Translations under genes and position numbers: made by a program | Assembly: GCA_964016885.1 (NCBI GenBank) | Contig: OZ024764.1 | Location: 27,652,001 to 27,716,000, forward strand | Length of the DNA: 64,000 bases | Origin: Eledone cirrhosa | Taxonomy: Eukaryota | Direction: 5' to 3' | The notes under the pieces: generated by a model | What the model was told of the DNA's origin: nothing | Databases searched by the model: none | The model's input: only the letters and a program-made list of their open reading frames with translations | Shown here: positions 1 through 11,812 of the stretch, piece by piece | How the letters are laid out: each line of letters opens with the position of its first letter | How positions within the stretch are numbered: position 1 is the first letter of the stretch

Positions 1-1128
1 GATGAAACGAGAGAGAGAGAGCGAGATGAAATGAGAGAGAGAGAGCGAGATGAAACGAGAGAGTGAGAGCTAGAGGAAACGATAGAGAGAGGAAACGAGA
101 GAGAGAGGAAACGAGAGAGAGGATACGAGAGAGAGGAAACGAGAGTAGAGAGCGAGATGAAACAGGAGAGAGAGAGCGAGATGAAACAGGAGAGAGAGAG
201 CGAGATGAAACGAGAGGGAGAGAGAGATGAAACGAGAGAGCGAGAGAGAGATAGAGGGAGATGAAACGACAGAGAGAGAGACAGATGAAACAAGTGAGGG
301 ATAAGAGAGAGATGAAACAAGTGAGGGATTAGAGTGTTGAAACAAGAGAGAGAGAGGAAGAGAGAGTGAGAGCGAGATCAAACGAGAGAGAGAGAGCGAG
401 ATGAAATGAGAGAGTGAGAGCGAGATGAAACGAGAGAGAGAGAGCGAGATGAAATGAGAGAGCGAGAGCGAGATGAAATGAGAGAGAGAGAGCGAGATGA
501 AACGAGACAGAGAGAGCGAGATGAAACGAGAGAGAGAGAGAGCGAAATGAAACGAGACAGATTAGAGCGAGATGAAACGAGAGAGAGAGAGCGAGATGAA
601 ATGAGAGAGAGAGAGCGAGATGAAACGAGAGAGTGAGAGCTAGAGGAAACGAGAGAGAGAGGAAACGAGAGTAGAGAGCGAGATGAAACAGGAGAGAGAG
701 AGCGAGATGAAACAGGAGAGAGAGAGCGAGATGAAACAGGAGAGAGAGAGCGAGATGAAACAGGAGAGAGAGAGCGAGATGAAACGAGAGGGAGAGACAG
801 ATGAAACGAGAGAGCGAGAGAGAGATAGAGGGAGATGAAACGACAGAGAGAGAGACAGATGAAACGAGGGAGATAGAGATGAAACGAGAGAGAGAGATGA
901 AACGAGAGAGAGGAAGAGAGAGATGGAACGAGAGAGAGTAAGAGAGAGATGGAACGAGAGAGAAGAAGACAGAGATGAAACGAGAGAGAGAGAGAGCGAG
1001 ATGAAACGAGAGAGAGGAAGAGAGAGAACGCGAGATGAAACGAGAGAGAGAGAGAGCAAGATGAAACGAGAGAGAGGAAGAGAGAGAGCGCAAGATGAAA
1101 CGAGAGAGAGAGAGAGCGAGATGAAAGT

Positions 1129-1541
1129 CTGTCATGTAATGTTATGGACACATCTGCCCTTGGGGCTAATAATTGTCATGTAATGTTATGGAAATCTCTG
1201 CCCCTGTGGCTAATAATTCTGTCATGTAATGTTATGGACATCTCTGCCACTGTGGCTAATAATTCTGTCATGTAATGTTATGGACATCTCTGCCCCTGTG
1301 GCTAATAAATCTGTCATGTAATGTTATGGACATCTCTGCCCCTGTGGCTAATAATTCTGACATGTAATGTTATGGACATCTCTGCCCCTGTGGCTAATAA
1401 ATATGACATGTAATGTTATGGACATCTCTGCCCCTGTGGCTAATAAATCTGTCATGTAATGTTATGGACATCTCTGCCCCTGTGGCTAATAATTCTGACA
1501 TGTAATGTTATGGACATCTCTGCCCCTGTGGCTAATAATTC
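1129..1541 (+). repeat. 46-bp satellite block (TGTCATGTAATGTTATGGACATCTCTGCCCCTGTGGCTAATAATTC), about 9 monomers
   Basis: Period of 46 read directly (TGTCATG at 1220 and 1266). Confidence 0.95.
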
Positions 1542-3278
1542 TGAGATAGATGAAACAAGTGAGGGATTAGATAGAGATGAAACAAGTGAGGGATTAGAGT
1601 GTTGAAACAAGAGAGAGAGAGGAAGAGAGAGTGAAAGCGAAATCAAACGAGAGAGAGCGAGATGAAATGAGAGAGTGAGAGCGAGATGAAACGAGAGAGA
1701 GAGAGAGAGCGAGATGAAATGAGAGAGAGAGAGCGAGATGAAATGAGAGAGAGAGAGCGAGATGAAACGAGACAGAGAGAGCGGGATGAAACGAGTCAGA
1801 GAGAGCGAGAGCGAGATGAAACGAGACAGAGAGAGCGAGATGAAACGAGAGAGAGAGAGCGAGATGAAATGAGAGAGAGAGAGCGAGATGAAATGAGAGA
1901 GAGAGAGCGAGATGAAACGAGAGAGTGAGAGCGAGATGGAACGAGACAGAGAGAGCGAGATGAAACGAGAGTGGGAGAGCTAGATGAAACGAGAGAGAGA
2001 GGAAACGAGAGAGACGAAACGAGAGAGAGGAAACGAGAGTAGAGAGCGAGATGAAACAGGAGAGAGAGAGCGAGATGAAACAGGAGAGAGAGAGCGAGAT
2101 GAAACGAGAGGGAGAGAGAGATGAAACGAGAGAGCGAGAGAGAGATAGAGGGAGATGAAACGACAGAGAGAGATACAGATGAAATGAGGGAGATAGAGAT
2201 GAAACGAGAGAGAGAGATGAAACGAGAGAGAGGAAGAGAGAGATGGAACGAGAGAGAGGAAGAGAGAGATGGAACGAGAGAGAGGAAGACAGAGATGAAA
2301 CGAGAGAGAGAGAGAGCAAGATGAAACGAGAGAGAGAGATGTAACGAGAGAGAGGAAGAGAGAGATGGAACGAGAGAGAGGAAGAGAGAGATGGAACGAG
2401 CGAGAGGAAGACAGAGATGAAACGAGACAGAGAGAGATCGAGATGAAACGAGAGAGAGGAAGAGAGAGAGCGCAAGATGAAACGAGAGAGAGAGAGAGAG
2501 CGAGATGAAACGAGAGAGAGGAAGAGAGAGAGCGCGAGATGAAACGAGAGAGAGGAAGAGAGAGAGCGCGAGATGAAATGAGAGAGAGAGAGCGAGATGA
2601 AATGAGAGATTGAGAGTGAGATGAAACGAGAGAGTGAGAGAGAGCGAGATGAAATGAGAGAGAGAGAGCGAGATGAAATGAGAGAGAGAGAGCGAGATGA
2701 AACGAGACAGAGAGAGCGGGATGAAACGAGACAGAGAGATCGAGATGAAATGAGAGAGAGAGAGCGAGATGAAATGAGAGAGAGAGAGCGAGATGAAACG
2801 AGAGAGTGAGAGCGAGATGGAACGAGTCAGAGAGAGCGAGATGAAACGAGAGAGTGAGAGCTAGATGAAACGAGAGAGAGAGGAAACGAGAGAGAGAGGA
2901 AACGAGAGAGAGGAAACGAGAGAGAGGAAACGAGAGTAGACAGCAAGATGAAACAGGAGAGAGAGAGAGCGAGATGAAACCGGAGAGAGAGAGCGAGATG
3001 AAACGAGTGGGAGGGAGAGATGAAACGAGAGAGCGAGAGAGAGATAGAGGGAGATGAAACGAGAGAGTGATAGCTAGATGAAACGAGAGAGAGAGGAATA
3101 GAGAGATGGAACGAGAGAGAGGAAGACAGATATGAAACGAGAGAGAGAGAGCGAGATGAAACGAGAGAGAGGAAGAGAGAGAGCGCGAGATGAAACGAGA
3201 GAGAGAGCGAGATGAAACGAGAGAGAGAGAGAGCGAGATGAAACGAGAGAGAGGAAGAGAGAGAGCGCGAGATGAAAG

Positions 3279-3691
3279 TCTGTCCTGTAATGTTATGGAC
3301 ATATCTGCCCCTGGGGCTAATAATTGTCATGTAATGTTATGGACATATCTGCCCTTGGGGCTAATAATTGTCATGTAATGTTATGTACATCTCTGCCCCT
3401 GTGGCAAATAATTCTGTCATGTAATGTTATGGACATCTCTGTCCCTGTGGCTAATAATTATGTCATGTAATGTTATGGACATCTCTGCCCCTGTGGCTAA
3501 TAATTCTGTCATGTAATGTTATGGACATCTCTGCCCCTGTGGCTAATAAATTCGTCATGTAATGTTATGGACATCTCTGCCCCTGTGGCTAATAAATCTG
3601 TCATGTAATGTTATGGACATCTCTGCCCCTGTGGCTAATAATTCTGACATGTAATGTTATGGATATCTCTGCCCCTGTGGCTAATAATTCT
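3279..3691 (+). repeat. 46-bp satellite block, about 9 monomers
   Basis: Same monomer; the first monomers are the variant ...GCCC(C/T)TGGGGCTAATAATTGTC, as in the other blocks. Confidence 0.95.
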
Positions 3692-4534
3692 GAGAGAGAT
3701 GAAACAAGTGAGGGATAAGAGAGAGATGAAACAAGTGAGGGATTAGAGTGTTGAAACAAGAGAGAGAGAGGAAGAGAGAGTGAGAGCGAGATCAAACGAG
3801 AGAGAGAGAGCGAGATGAAATGAGAGAGTGAGAGCGAGATGAAACGAGAGAGAGAGAGCGAGATGAAATGAGAGAGAGAGAGCGAGATGAAATGAGAGAG
3901 AGAGAGCGAGATGAAACGAGACAGAGAGAGCGAGATGAAACGAGAGAGAGAGAGAGCGAAATGAAACGAGACAGATTAGAGCGAGATGAAACGAGAGAGA
4001 GAGAGCGAGATGAAATGAGAGAGAGAGAGCGAGATGAAACGAGAGAGTGAGAGCTAGAGGAAACGAGAGCTAGAGGAAACGAGAGAGAGAGGAAACGAGA
4101 GAGAGGATACGAGAGAGAGGAAACGAGAGTAGAGAGCGAGATGAAACAGGAGAGAGAGAGCGAGATGAAACAGGAGAGAGAGAGCGAGATGAAACGAGAG
4201 GGAGAGAGAGATGAAACGAGAGAGCGAGAGAGAGATAGAGGGAGATGAAACGACAGAGAGAGAGACAGATGAAACGAGGGAGATAGAGATGAAACGAGAG
4301 AGAGAGATGAAACGAGAGAGAGGAAGAGAGAGATGGAACGAGAGAGAGGAAGAGAGAGATGGAACGAGAGAGAGGAAGACAGAGATGAAACGAGAGAGAG
4401 AGAGAGCGAGATGAAACGAGAGAGAGGAAGAGAGAGAACGCGAGATGAAACGAGAGAGAGAGCAAGATGAAACGAGAGAGAGGAAGAGAGAGAGCGCAAG
4501 ATGAAACGAGAGAGAGAGAGCGCGAGATGAAAGT

Positions 4535-5040
4535 CTGTCATGTAATGTTATGGACATATCTGCCCTTGGGGCTAATAATTGTCATGTAATGTTATGGAAA
4601 TCTCTGCCCCTGTGGCTAATAATTCTGTCATGTAATGTTATGGACATCTCTGCCCCTGTGGCTAATAATTCTGTCGTGTAATGTTATGAACATCTCTGCC
4701 CCTGTGGCTAATAAATCTGTCATGTAATGTTATGGACATCTCTGCCCCTGTGGCTAATAATTCTGACATGTAATGTTATGGACATCTCTGCCCCTGTGGC
4801 TAATAAATATGACATGTAATGTTATGGACATCTCTGCCCCTGTGGCTAGTAAATCTGTCATGTAATGTTATGGACATCTCTGCCCCTGTGGCTAATAATT
4901 CTGACATGTAATGTTATGGACATCTCTGCCCCTGTGGCTAATAAATCTGTCATGTAATGTTATGGACATCTCTGCCCCTGTGGCTAATAATTCTGACATG
5001 TAATGTTATGGACATCTCTGCCCCTGTGGCTAATAATTCT
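4535..5040 (+). repeat. 46-bp satellite block, about 11 monomers, ending at the inversion point
   Basis: Same monomer; abuts reverse-complement monomers at 5041. Confidence 0.95.
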
Positions 5041-8000
5041 GATTTATTAGCCACAGGGGCAGAGATGTCCATAACATTACATGACAGAATTATTAGCCAC
5101 AGGGGCATAGATTTCCATAACATTACATGTCAGAATTATTAGCCACAGGGGCAGAGATGTCCATAACATTACATGTCAGAATTATTAGCCACAGGGGCAG
5201 AGATGTCCATAACATTACATGACAGAATTATTAGCCACAGGGGCAGAGATGACCATAACATTACATGACAATTATTAGCCACAGGGTCAGATATGTCAAT
5301 AACATTACATGACAGAGTTTCATCTTGCGCGCTCTCTCTCTCGTTTCATCTCGCTCTCCCTCTCTCTCATTTCATCTCTGTCTTCCTCTCTCTCGTTTCA
5401 TCTCGCTCTCTCTCTCTCTCGTTTCATCTCTGTCTTCCTCTCTCTCGTTCCATCTCTCACTTCCTCTCTCTCGTTCCATCTCTCTCTTCCTCTCTCTCGT
5501 TTCATCTCTATCTCCCTTCTTTCATCTGTCTCTCTCTCTGTCGTTTCATCTCGCGCTCTCTCTCTCTCTCGTTTCATCTTGCGCTCTCTCTCTCTCTCGT
5601 TTCGTCTTGCTCTCTCTCTCTCTCGTTTCATCTCTGTCTTCCTCTCTCTCGTTCCATCTCTCTCTTCCTCTCTCTCGTTCCATCTCTCTCATCCTCTCTC
5701 TCGTTTCATCTCTATCTCCCTCCTTTCATCTGTCTCTCTCTCTGTCGTTTCATCTCGCGCTCTCTCTCTCTCGTTTCATCTTGCGCTCTCTCTCTCTCGT
5801 TTCATCTCGCTCTCCCTCTCTCTCGTTTCATCTCTGTCTTCCTCTCTCTCGTTTCATCTCGCTCTCTCTCTCTCTCGTTTCATCTCTGTCTTCCTCTCTC
5901 TCGTTCCATCTCTCACTTCCTCTCTCTCGTTCCATCTCTCTCTTCCTCTCTCTCGTTTCATCTCTATCTCCCTTCTTTCATCTGTCTCTCTCTCTGTCGT
6001 TTCATCTCGCGCTCTCTCTCTCTCTCGTTTCATCTTGCGCTCTCTCTCTCTCTCGTTTCGTCTTGCTCTCTCTCTCGTTTCATCTCTGTCTTCCTCTCTC
6101 TCGTTCCATCTCTCTCTTCCTCTCTCTCGTTCCATCTCTCTCATCCTCTCTCTCGTTTCATCTCTATCTCCCTCCTTTCATCTGTCTCTCTCTCTGTCGT
6201 TTCATCTCGCGCTCTCTCTCTCTCGTTTCATCTTGCGCTCTCTCTCTCTCGTTTCATCTCGCTCTCTCTCTCGTTTCATCTCTGTCTTCCTCTCTCTCGT
6301 TCCATCTCTCTCTTCCTCTCTCTCGTTCCATCTCTCTCTTCCTCTCTCTCGTTTCATCTCTATCTCCCTTCTTTCATCTGTCTCGCTCTCTGTAGTTTCA
6401 TCTCGCGCTCTCTCTCTCTCGTTTCATGTCGCGCTCTCTCTCTCTCGTTTCATCTCGCTCTCTCTCTCTCGTTTCATCTCTGTCTTCCTCTCTCTCGTGC
6501 CATCTCTCTCTTCCTCTCTCTCGTTCCATCTCTCTCTTCCTCTCTCTCGTTTCATCTCTATCTCCCTTGTTTCATCTCTCTCTCGCTCTCTCGTTTCATC
6601 TCTCTCTCCCTCTCGTTTCATCTCGCTCTCTCTTTCCTGTTTCATCTCGCTCTCTCTCTCTCGTTTCATCTCTGTCTTCCTCTCTCTCGTTCCATCTCTG
6701 TCTTCCTCTCTCTCGTTCCATCTCTCTCTTCCTCTCCCTCGTTTCATCTCTCTCTCGCTCTCTCGTTTCATCTCTCTCTCCCTCTCATTTCATCTCGCTC
6801 TCTCTCTCCTGTTTCATCTCGCTCTCTACTCTCGTTTCCTCTCTCTCTCTCGTTTCATCTCTCTCTCCCTCCCGTTTCATCTCGCTCTCTCTCTCTCATT
6901 TCATCTCGCTCTCTCTCTCTCGTTTCATCTCGCTCTCCCTCTCTCGTTTCATCCCGCTCTCACTCTCTCATTTCTTCTCGCTCTCTCTCTCTTGTTTCAA
7001 CACTCTAATCCCTCACTTGTTTACTATCTCTCAGAATTATTAGCCACAGGGGCAGAGATGACCATAACATTACATGTCAGAATTATTAGCCACAAGGGCA
7101 GAGATGTCCATAACATTACATGACAGAATTATTAGCCACAGGGGCAGAGATGACCATAACGTTACATGAAAATTATTAGCCACAGGGGCAGATATGTCAA
7201 TAACATTACATGACAGAGTTTCATCTCGCGCTCTCTCTCTCTCGTTTCATCTTGCGCTCTCTCTCTCTCTCGTTTCATCTTGCTCTCTCTCTCGTTTCAT
7301 CTCTGTCTTCCTCTCTCTCGTTCCATCTCTCTCTTCCTCTCCCTCGTTCCATCTCTCTCATCCTCTCTCTCGTTTCATCTCTATCTCCCTCCTTTCATCT
7401 GTCTCTCTCTCTGTCGTTTCATCTCGCGCTCTCTCTCTCTCGTTTCATCTCGCGCTCTCTCTGTCTCGTTTCATCTCGCTCTCTCTCGTTTCATCTCTGT
7501 CTTCCTCTCTCTCGTTCCATCTCTCTCTTCCTCTCTCTCATTCCATCTCTCTCTTCCTCTCTCTCGTTTCATCTCTATCTCCCTCGTTTCATCTCTCTCT
7601 CGCTCTCTCGTTTCATCTCTCTCTCCCGCTCGTTTCTTCTCGCTCTCTCTCTCCTGTTTCATCTCGCTCTCTACTCTCGTTTCCTCTCTCTCATTTCCTC
7701 TCTCTCTCGTTTCATCTCTGTCTCGTTTCATCTCGCTCTCTCTCTTTCTCGTTTGATCTCGCTCTCACTCTCTCGTTTCATCTCGCTTCTCTCACTCTCT
7801 TGTTTCATCTCGCTCTCTCTCTCTCTTCCTCTCTCTCTCTTGTTTCAACACTCTAATCCCTCACTTGTTTTATCTCTCTCTAATCCCTCACTTGGTTCAT
7901 CTCTCTCAGAATTATTAGCCACAGGGGCAGAGATGTCCATAACATTGCATGTCAGAATTATTAGCCACAGGGCAGAGATGTCCATAACATTACGTCAGAA

Positions 8001-9887
8001 TTATTAGCCACAGGGGCAGAGATGTCCATAACATTACATGTCAGAATTATTAGCCACAGGGGCAGAGATGTCCATAACATTACATGTCAGAATTATTAGC
8101 CACAGGGGCGGAGACGTCCATAACATTACATGACAGAATTATTAGCCACAGGGGCAGAGATGACCATAACATTACATGACAATTATTAGCCACAGGGGCA
8201 GATATATCAATAACATTACATGATAGAGTTTCATCTCGTGCTCTCTCTCTCTCGTTTCATCTCGCGCTCTCTCTGTCTCGTTTCATCTCGCTCTCTCTCT
8301 CTCTCTCGTTTCATCTCTGTCTTCCTCTCTCTCGTTCCATCTCTCTCTTCCTCTTTCTCGTTTCATCTCTCTCTTCCTCTCTCTCGTTTCATCTCTATCT
8401 CCCTCGTTTCATCTCTCTCTCGCTCTCTCGTTTCATCTCTCTCTCCCTCTCGTTTCATCTCCCTCTCTACTCTCGTTTCCTCTCTGTCTCGTTCCATCCC
8501 GCTCTCTCTCTCTCTCATTACATCTCGCTCTCTCTGTCTCGTTTCATCTCGCTCTCTCTCGCTCTCACTCTCTCGTTTCATCTCGCTTCTCTCACTATTG
8601 CGTTTCATCTCGCTCTCCCTGTCTCATTTCATCTCGCTCTCTCTCTCTCTCTTCCTCTTGTTTCAACACTCTAATCCCTCACTTGTTTTATCTCTCTCTA
8701 ATCCCTCACTTGTTTCATCTCTCTCAGAATTATTAGCCACAGGGGCAGAGATGTCCATAACATTACATGTCAGAGTTATTAGCCACAGGGGCAGAGATGT
8801 CCATAACATTACATGACAATTATTAACCCCAAGGGCAGATATGTCCATAACATTACATGACAGAGTTTCATCTCGCGCTCTCTCTCTCTCGTTTCATCTC
8901 GCGCTCTCTCTCTTCCTCTCTCTCGTTTCATCTCGCTCTCTCTCTCTCGTTTCACCTCTGTCTTCCATCTCTGTCTTCCTCTCTCTCGTTCCATCTCACT
9001 CTTCCTCTCTCTCATTTCATCTCTCTCTCTGTCGTTTCATCTCCCTCTATCTCTCTCTCCCTCTCGTTTCATCTCGCTCTCTCTCTCCTGTTTCATCTCG
9101 CTCTCTCTCTCTCATTTCATCTCGCTCTCTCTCTCTCATTTCATCTCGCTCTCTCTCTCTCGTTTCATCTCGCTCTCACTCTCTCGTTTCATCTCGCTCT
9201 CACTCTCTCGTTTCATCTCGCTCTCCCTGTCTCGTTTCATCTCGCTCACACTCTCTCATTTCATCTCGCTCTCTCTCTCTTCTTTCAACACTCTAATCCC
9301 TCACTTGTTTCATCTCTCTCAGAATTATTAGCCACAGGGGCAGAGATGTCCATAACATTACATGTCAGAATTATTAGCCACAGGGGCAGAGATGTCCATA
9401 ACATCACATGTCACAATTATTAGCCACAGGGGCAGAGATGTCCATAACATTACATGTCAGAATTATTAGCCACAGGGGCAGAGATGTCCATAACATTACA
9501 TGACAGATTTATTAGCCACAGGGGCAGAGATGTCCATAACATTACATGGCAGATTTATTAGCCACAGGGGCAGAGATGTCCATAACATTACATGTCAGAA
9601 TTATTAGCCACAGGGGCAGAGATGTCCATAACATTACATGACAGATTTATTAGCCACAGGGGCAGAGATGTCCATAACATTACATGACAGATTTATTAGC
9701 CACAGGGGCAGAGATGTCTATAACATTACATGACATAATTATTAGCCACAGGGGCAGAGATGTCCATAACATTACATGACAGATTTATTAGCCATAGGGG
9801 CAGAGATGACCATAACATTACATGACAGAATTATTAGCCACAGGGGCAGAGATGTCCATAACATTACATGACAGAATTATTAGCCAC
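5041..9887 (-). repeat. Same composite satellite in inverted (TC-strand) orientation
   Basis: Reverse-complement monomers (GAATTATTAGCCACAGGGGCAGAGATGTCCATAACATTACATGACA) at ~5041-5316, 7031-7217, 7906-8227, 8723-8864 and 9320-9887, separated by CTCTCGTTTCATCTCG blocks. Confidence 0.95.
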
Positions 9888-10115
9888 ATGTAATGTAATG
9901 GACATCTCTGCCCCTGTGGCTAATAATTCTGTCATGTTATGTTATGGACATCTCTGCCCCTGTGGCTAATAATTCTGACATGTAATGTTAGGGACATCTC
10001 TGCCCCAGTGGCTCATAATTCTGACATGTAATGTTATGGACATCTCTGCCCCTGTGGCTAATAATTCTGTCATGTAATGTTATGGACATCTCTGCCCCTG
10101 TGGCTAATAATTCTG
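9888..10115 (+). repeat. 46-bp satellite block back in + orientation, about 5 monomers; abuts the transposon-derived block
   Basis: TAGCCAC|ATGTAATG junction; ends ...AATTCTGTTCAAATCTGACTG. Confidence 0.9.
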
Positions 10116-10453
10116 TTCAAATCTGACTGACATGCATGGTATATATTTATGTTTCATTAGACACAGCCACAATACACAGGAACTTATAAAGATATGTATA
10201 TATTGTCCAGGAGTTTCGAGTTTAGTGGGAATTGTACAAATCTCAATTGGAGCTAGTCCCTGCAAGATCAGCATAAATAATGTTATACCTTTTCATGAAA
10301 TCTTGCACACCCGATATTTTATACATGATTATTTAAAGGTGAACAAAAACCAAAGAACATTGAGCAGCATTTCTCAACCTTTCTACCCATGTTGATCTCT
10401 TGAAATAGTTTTTATGTCTCAAGGAAGCCTTGCATAAAATATACTTTTTCTAT

Positions 10454-10500
10454 CTCTAGAGCAGTGGTTCCCAAATCGTGTGCTGTGAGATGAAACTAGA
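10454..10500 (+). mobile_element. hAT/Charlie-like terminal fragment (copies near 36893, 39473, 58706, 61196)
   Basis: CTCTAGAG followed by CAGTGGTTCCCAAA: a Charlie-type target octamer plus TIR start. No partner end found. Confidence 0.5.
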
Positions 10501-10578
10501 TGAGCTGCAAAAGACTAAGATTAAGTTTTAAGATGTGAAAAATATAAAACTGAAATTTCATATAAAAGTTCAAATATA

Positions 10579-10848
10579 GCTACAGCCACAAACCTAGGCT
10601 CCACACCCCGCAACGCAGAGGAGAGTAAGATAGTACTGAGGCCTGACTCACCTCTTCCACTCCATTGAGACCTCTGCCATACTTGGTCCCCCTACTGCTG
10701 ATTTCCTCCATAAAGTCGGGAGGAAAGACGGCAGGAGCCTCGTGAGGAGGGGCAACTATTGTAGCAGGTGTCTCTGGCCTTGTTCCGAGGTAACGCTTTT
10801 ACGTTTCTTCCACGTGTTGCGGCTGAGGGACCACTTAGACTGGGGTGA
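10579..10848 (+). pseudogene. CRE-clade non-LTR retrotransposon REL-endonuclease C-terminal fragment, type 1 (copies ~37018, 39598, 58831, 61321)
   Basis: Hand translation across frameshifts: NAEESK..Y*GLTHLFHSIETSAILGPPTADFLHKVGRK..EPREEGQLL*QVSLALFRGNA, matching the CRE-type K..KY..L...F...ET.G..G...RE...L.Q..S.A..RGNA tail. Confidence 0.65.
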
Positions 10849-11643
10849 AGTGTCTGTCCCTCCCCCGACTTCTTACTTCCTTTTTTTTCTCCTTTTCAAT
10901 TTCTTTTCTCTTCTTGCTTATCTCTGCTATACCACGGCATCAAAAAGATATATGATATATGTATGTATGGTATAGGTGTATTTATATTTAGGATAGTTAT
11001 CAAAGGTAAATAGACTGGTTGGAGTAATAACAGTCTTGTTTATGTATATACACACATATATACATATATATATATATATATATATGTTTGTTCTTGTATT
11101 TCTATAGAAAAGGTAAAGAAAAGAAGAGTGCTCTATGTATTGTACAGAGCTATTTAATTACATAATAAACAACAGAATGGAAAACATTCAGACAGAGAAG
11201 AATGGATAATGAGCGTTGTAAGAGAAATTGGCCAACAATTAATATTAATGGAAATGTAGAAGAATTTCATATTAGTGATATGAATGTTTCGTGTGATCAC
11301 TGTGGAGCTTTGAAATTTAGAAATGAAAATTGTAACTGTTGTAATAAAGGAAAGGTTGTGTTGCCACCATTGCAAATATACCCTGAGAGACTGAGAAATC
11401 TCTTTGAAAGAGGCCAGGAAGCAGTTGATTTCACAGAAACATCTGCAATTAAAACTACATTTATTTCACTTCATTTGGTGTTACCACCCGGCAGAGGCCC
11501 GTATAGCTTTCATATTCAGGGTCAAACATATCAATACACCCCCATCTCTGTAACCTGCAGAAAATACACCACAATATGGCCAGTTATATATTATTGATGG
11601 GAATGAAAGTGTGTAGCACAGATTGGAAGTACAACCAAATAAT

Positions 11644-11812
11644 TGTTTCTGGCACAAGGCCAGCAATTACTGGTACTTTATTCTATCGACCTCATAAGGA
11701 TGAAAACAAAGTCAACCTTAGAGGGATTTGAACCCAGAACGTAAAGGGCCATAACCCTATGCTGCAAAGCATGGTGTCTGACGCTCTACCGATACTGCCA
11801 ATCCACCGCCCT
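11644..11812 (-). mobile_element. tRNA-derived SINE (Octopus-type) inserted in the Helitron ORF; also at ~20979, 27974, 40663, 49969, 62418
   Basis: Minus strand reads GGCGGTGGATTGGCAGTATCGGTAGAGCG...GGGTTCAAATCC... (A- and B-box-like). Flanked by a ~16-bp imperfect TSD AGTACAACCAAATAAT / AGTACCAACAAATAAT. Removing it restores the frame RLEVQPNNDCSPQKM. Confidence 0.85.

Larger units (their letters stand above)
1..5040 (+). repeat. Composite satellite, GA-strand orientation: GA-rich minisatellite blocks (core GATGAAACGAGAGAGAGAGAGC) alternating with 46-bp monomer blocks
   Basis: GA blocks at ~1-1128, ~1542-3278 and ~3692-4534; 46-bp blocks between them. Block ~280-1128 is nearly repeated at ~3693-4534 (ORF offset 454 to 3868). 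Confidence 0.95.

Noticed and set aside
320-340. GAGGGATTAGAGTG as a telomeric repeat
   Set aside because: No tandem TTAGGG; only a single degenerate motif per block.
5293-7123. 571-aa and 604-aa Ser/Leu-rich ORFs and similar ones in 1-9423
   Set aside because: Open in several frames only because the TC-rich repeat strand lacks stop codons; no domain content.
1129-10115. CRISPR-like appearance of the 46-bp repeats (also the 55-bp and 89-bp arrays)
   Set aside because: Monomers are contiguous with no unique spacers, there are no cas genes, and the context is eukaryotic.
10132-10436. Recurrent 68-87-aa ORF in segment A
   Set aside because: No recognisable motif; start and frame differ between copies; recurrence is explained by segmental duplication.
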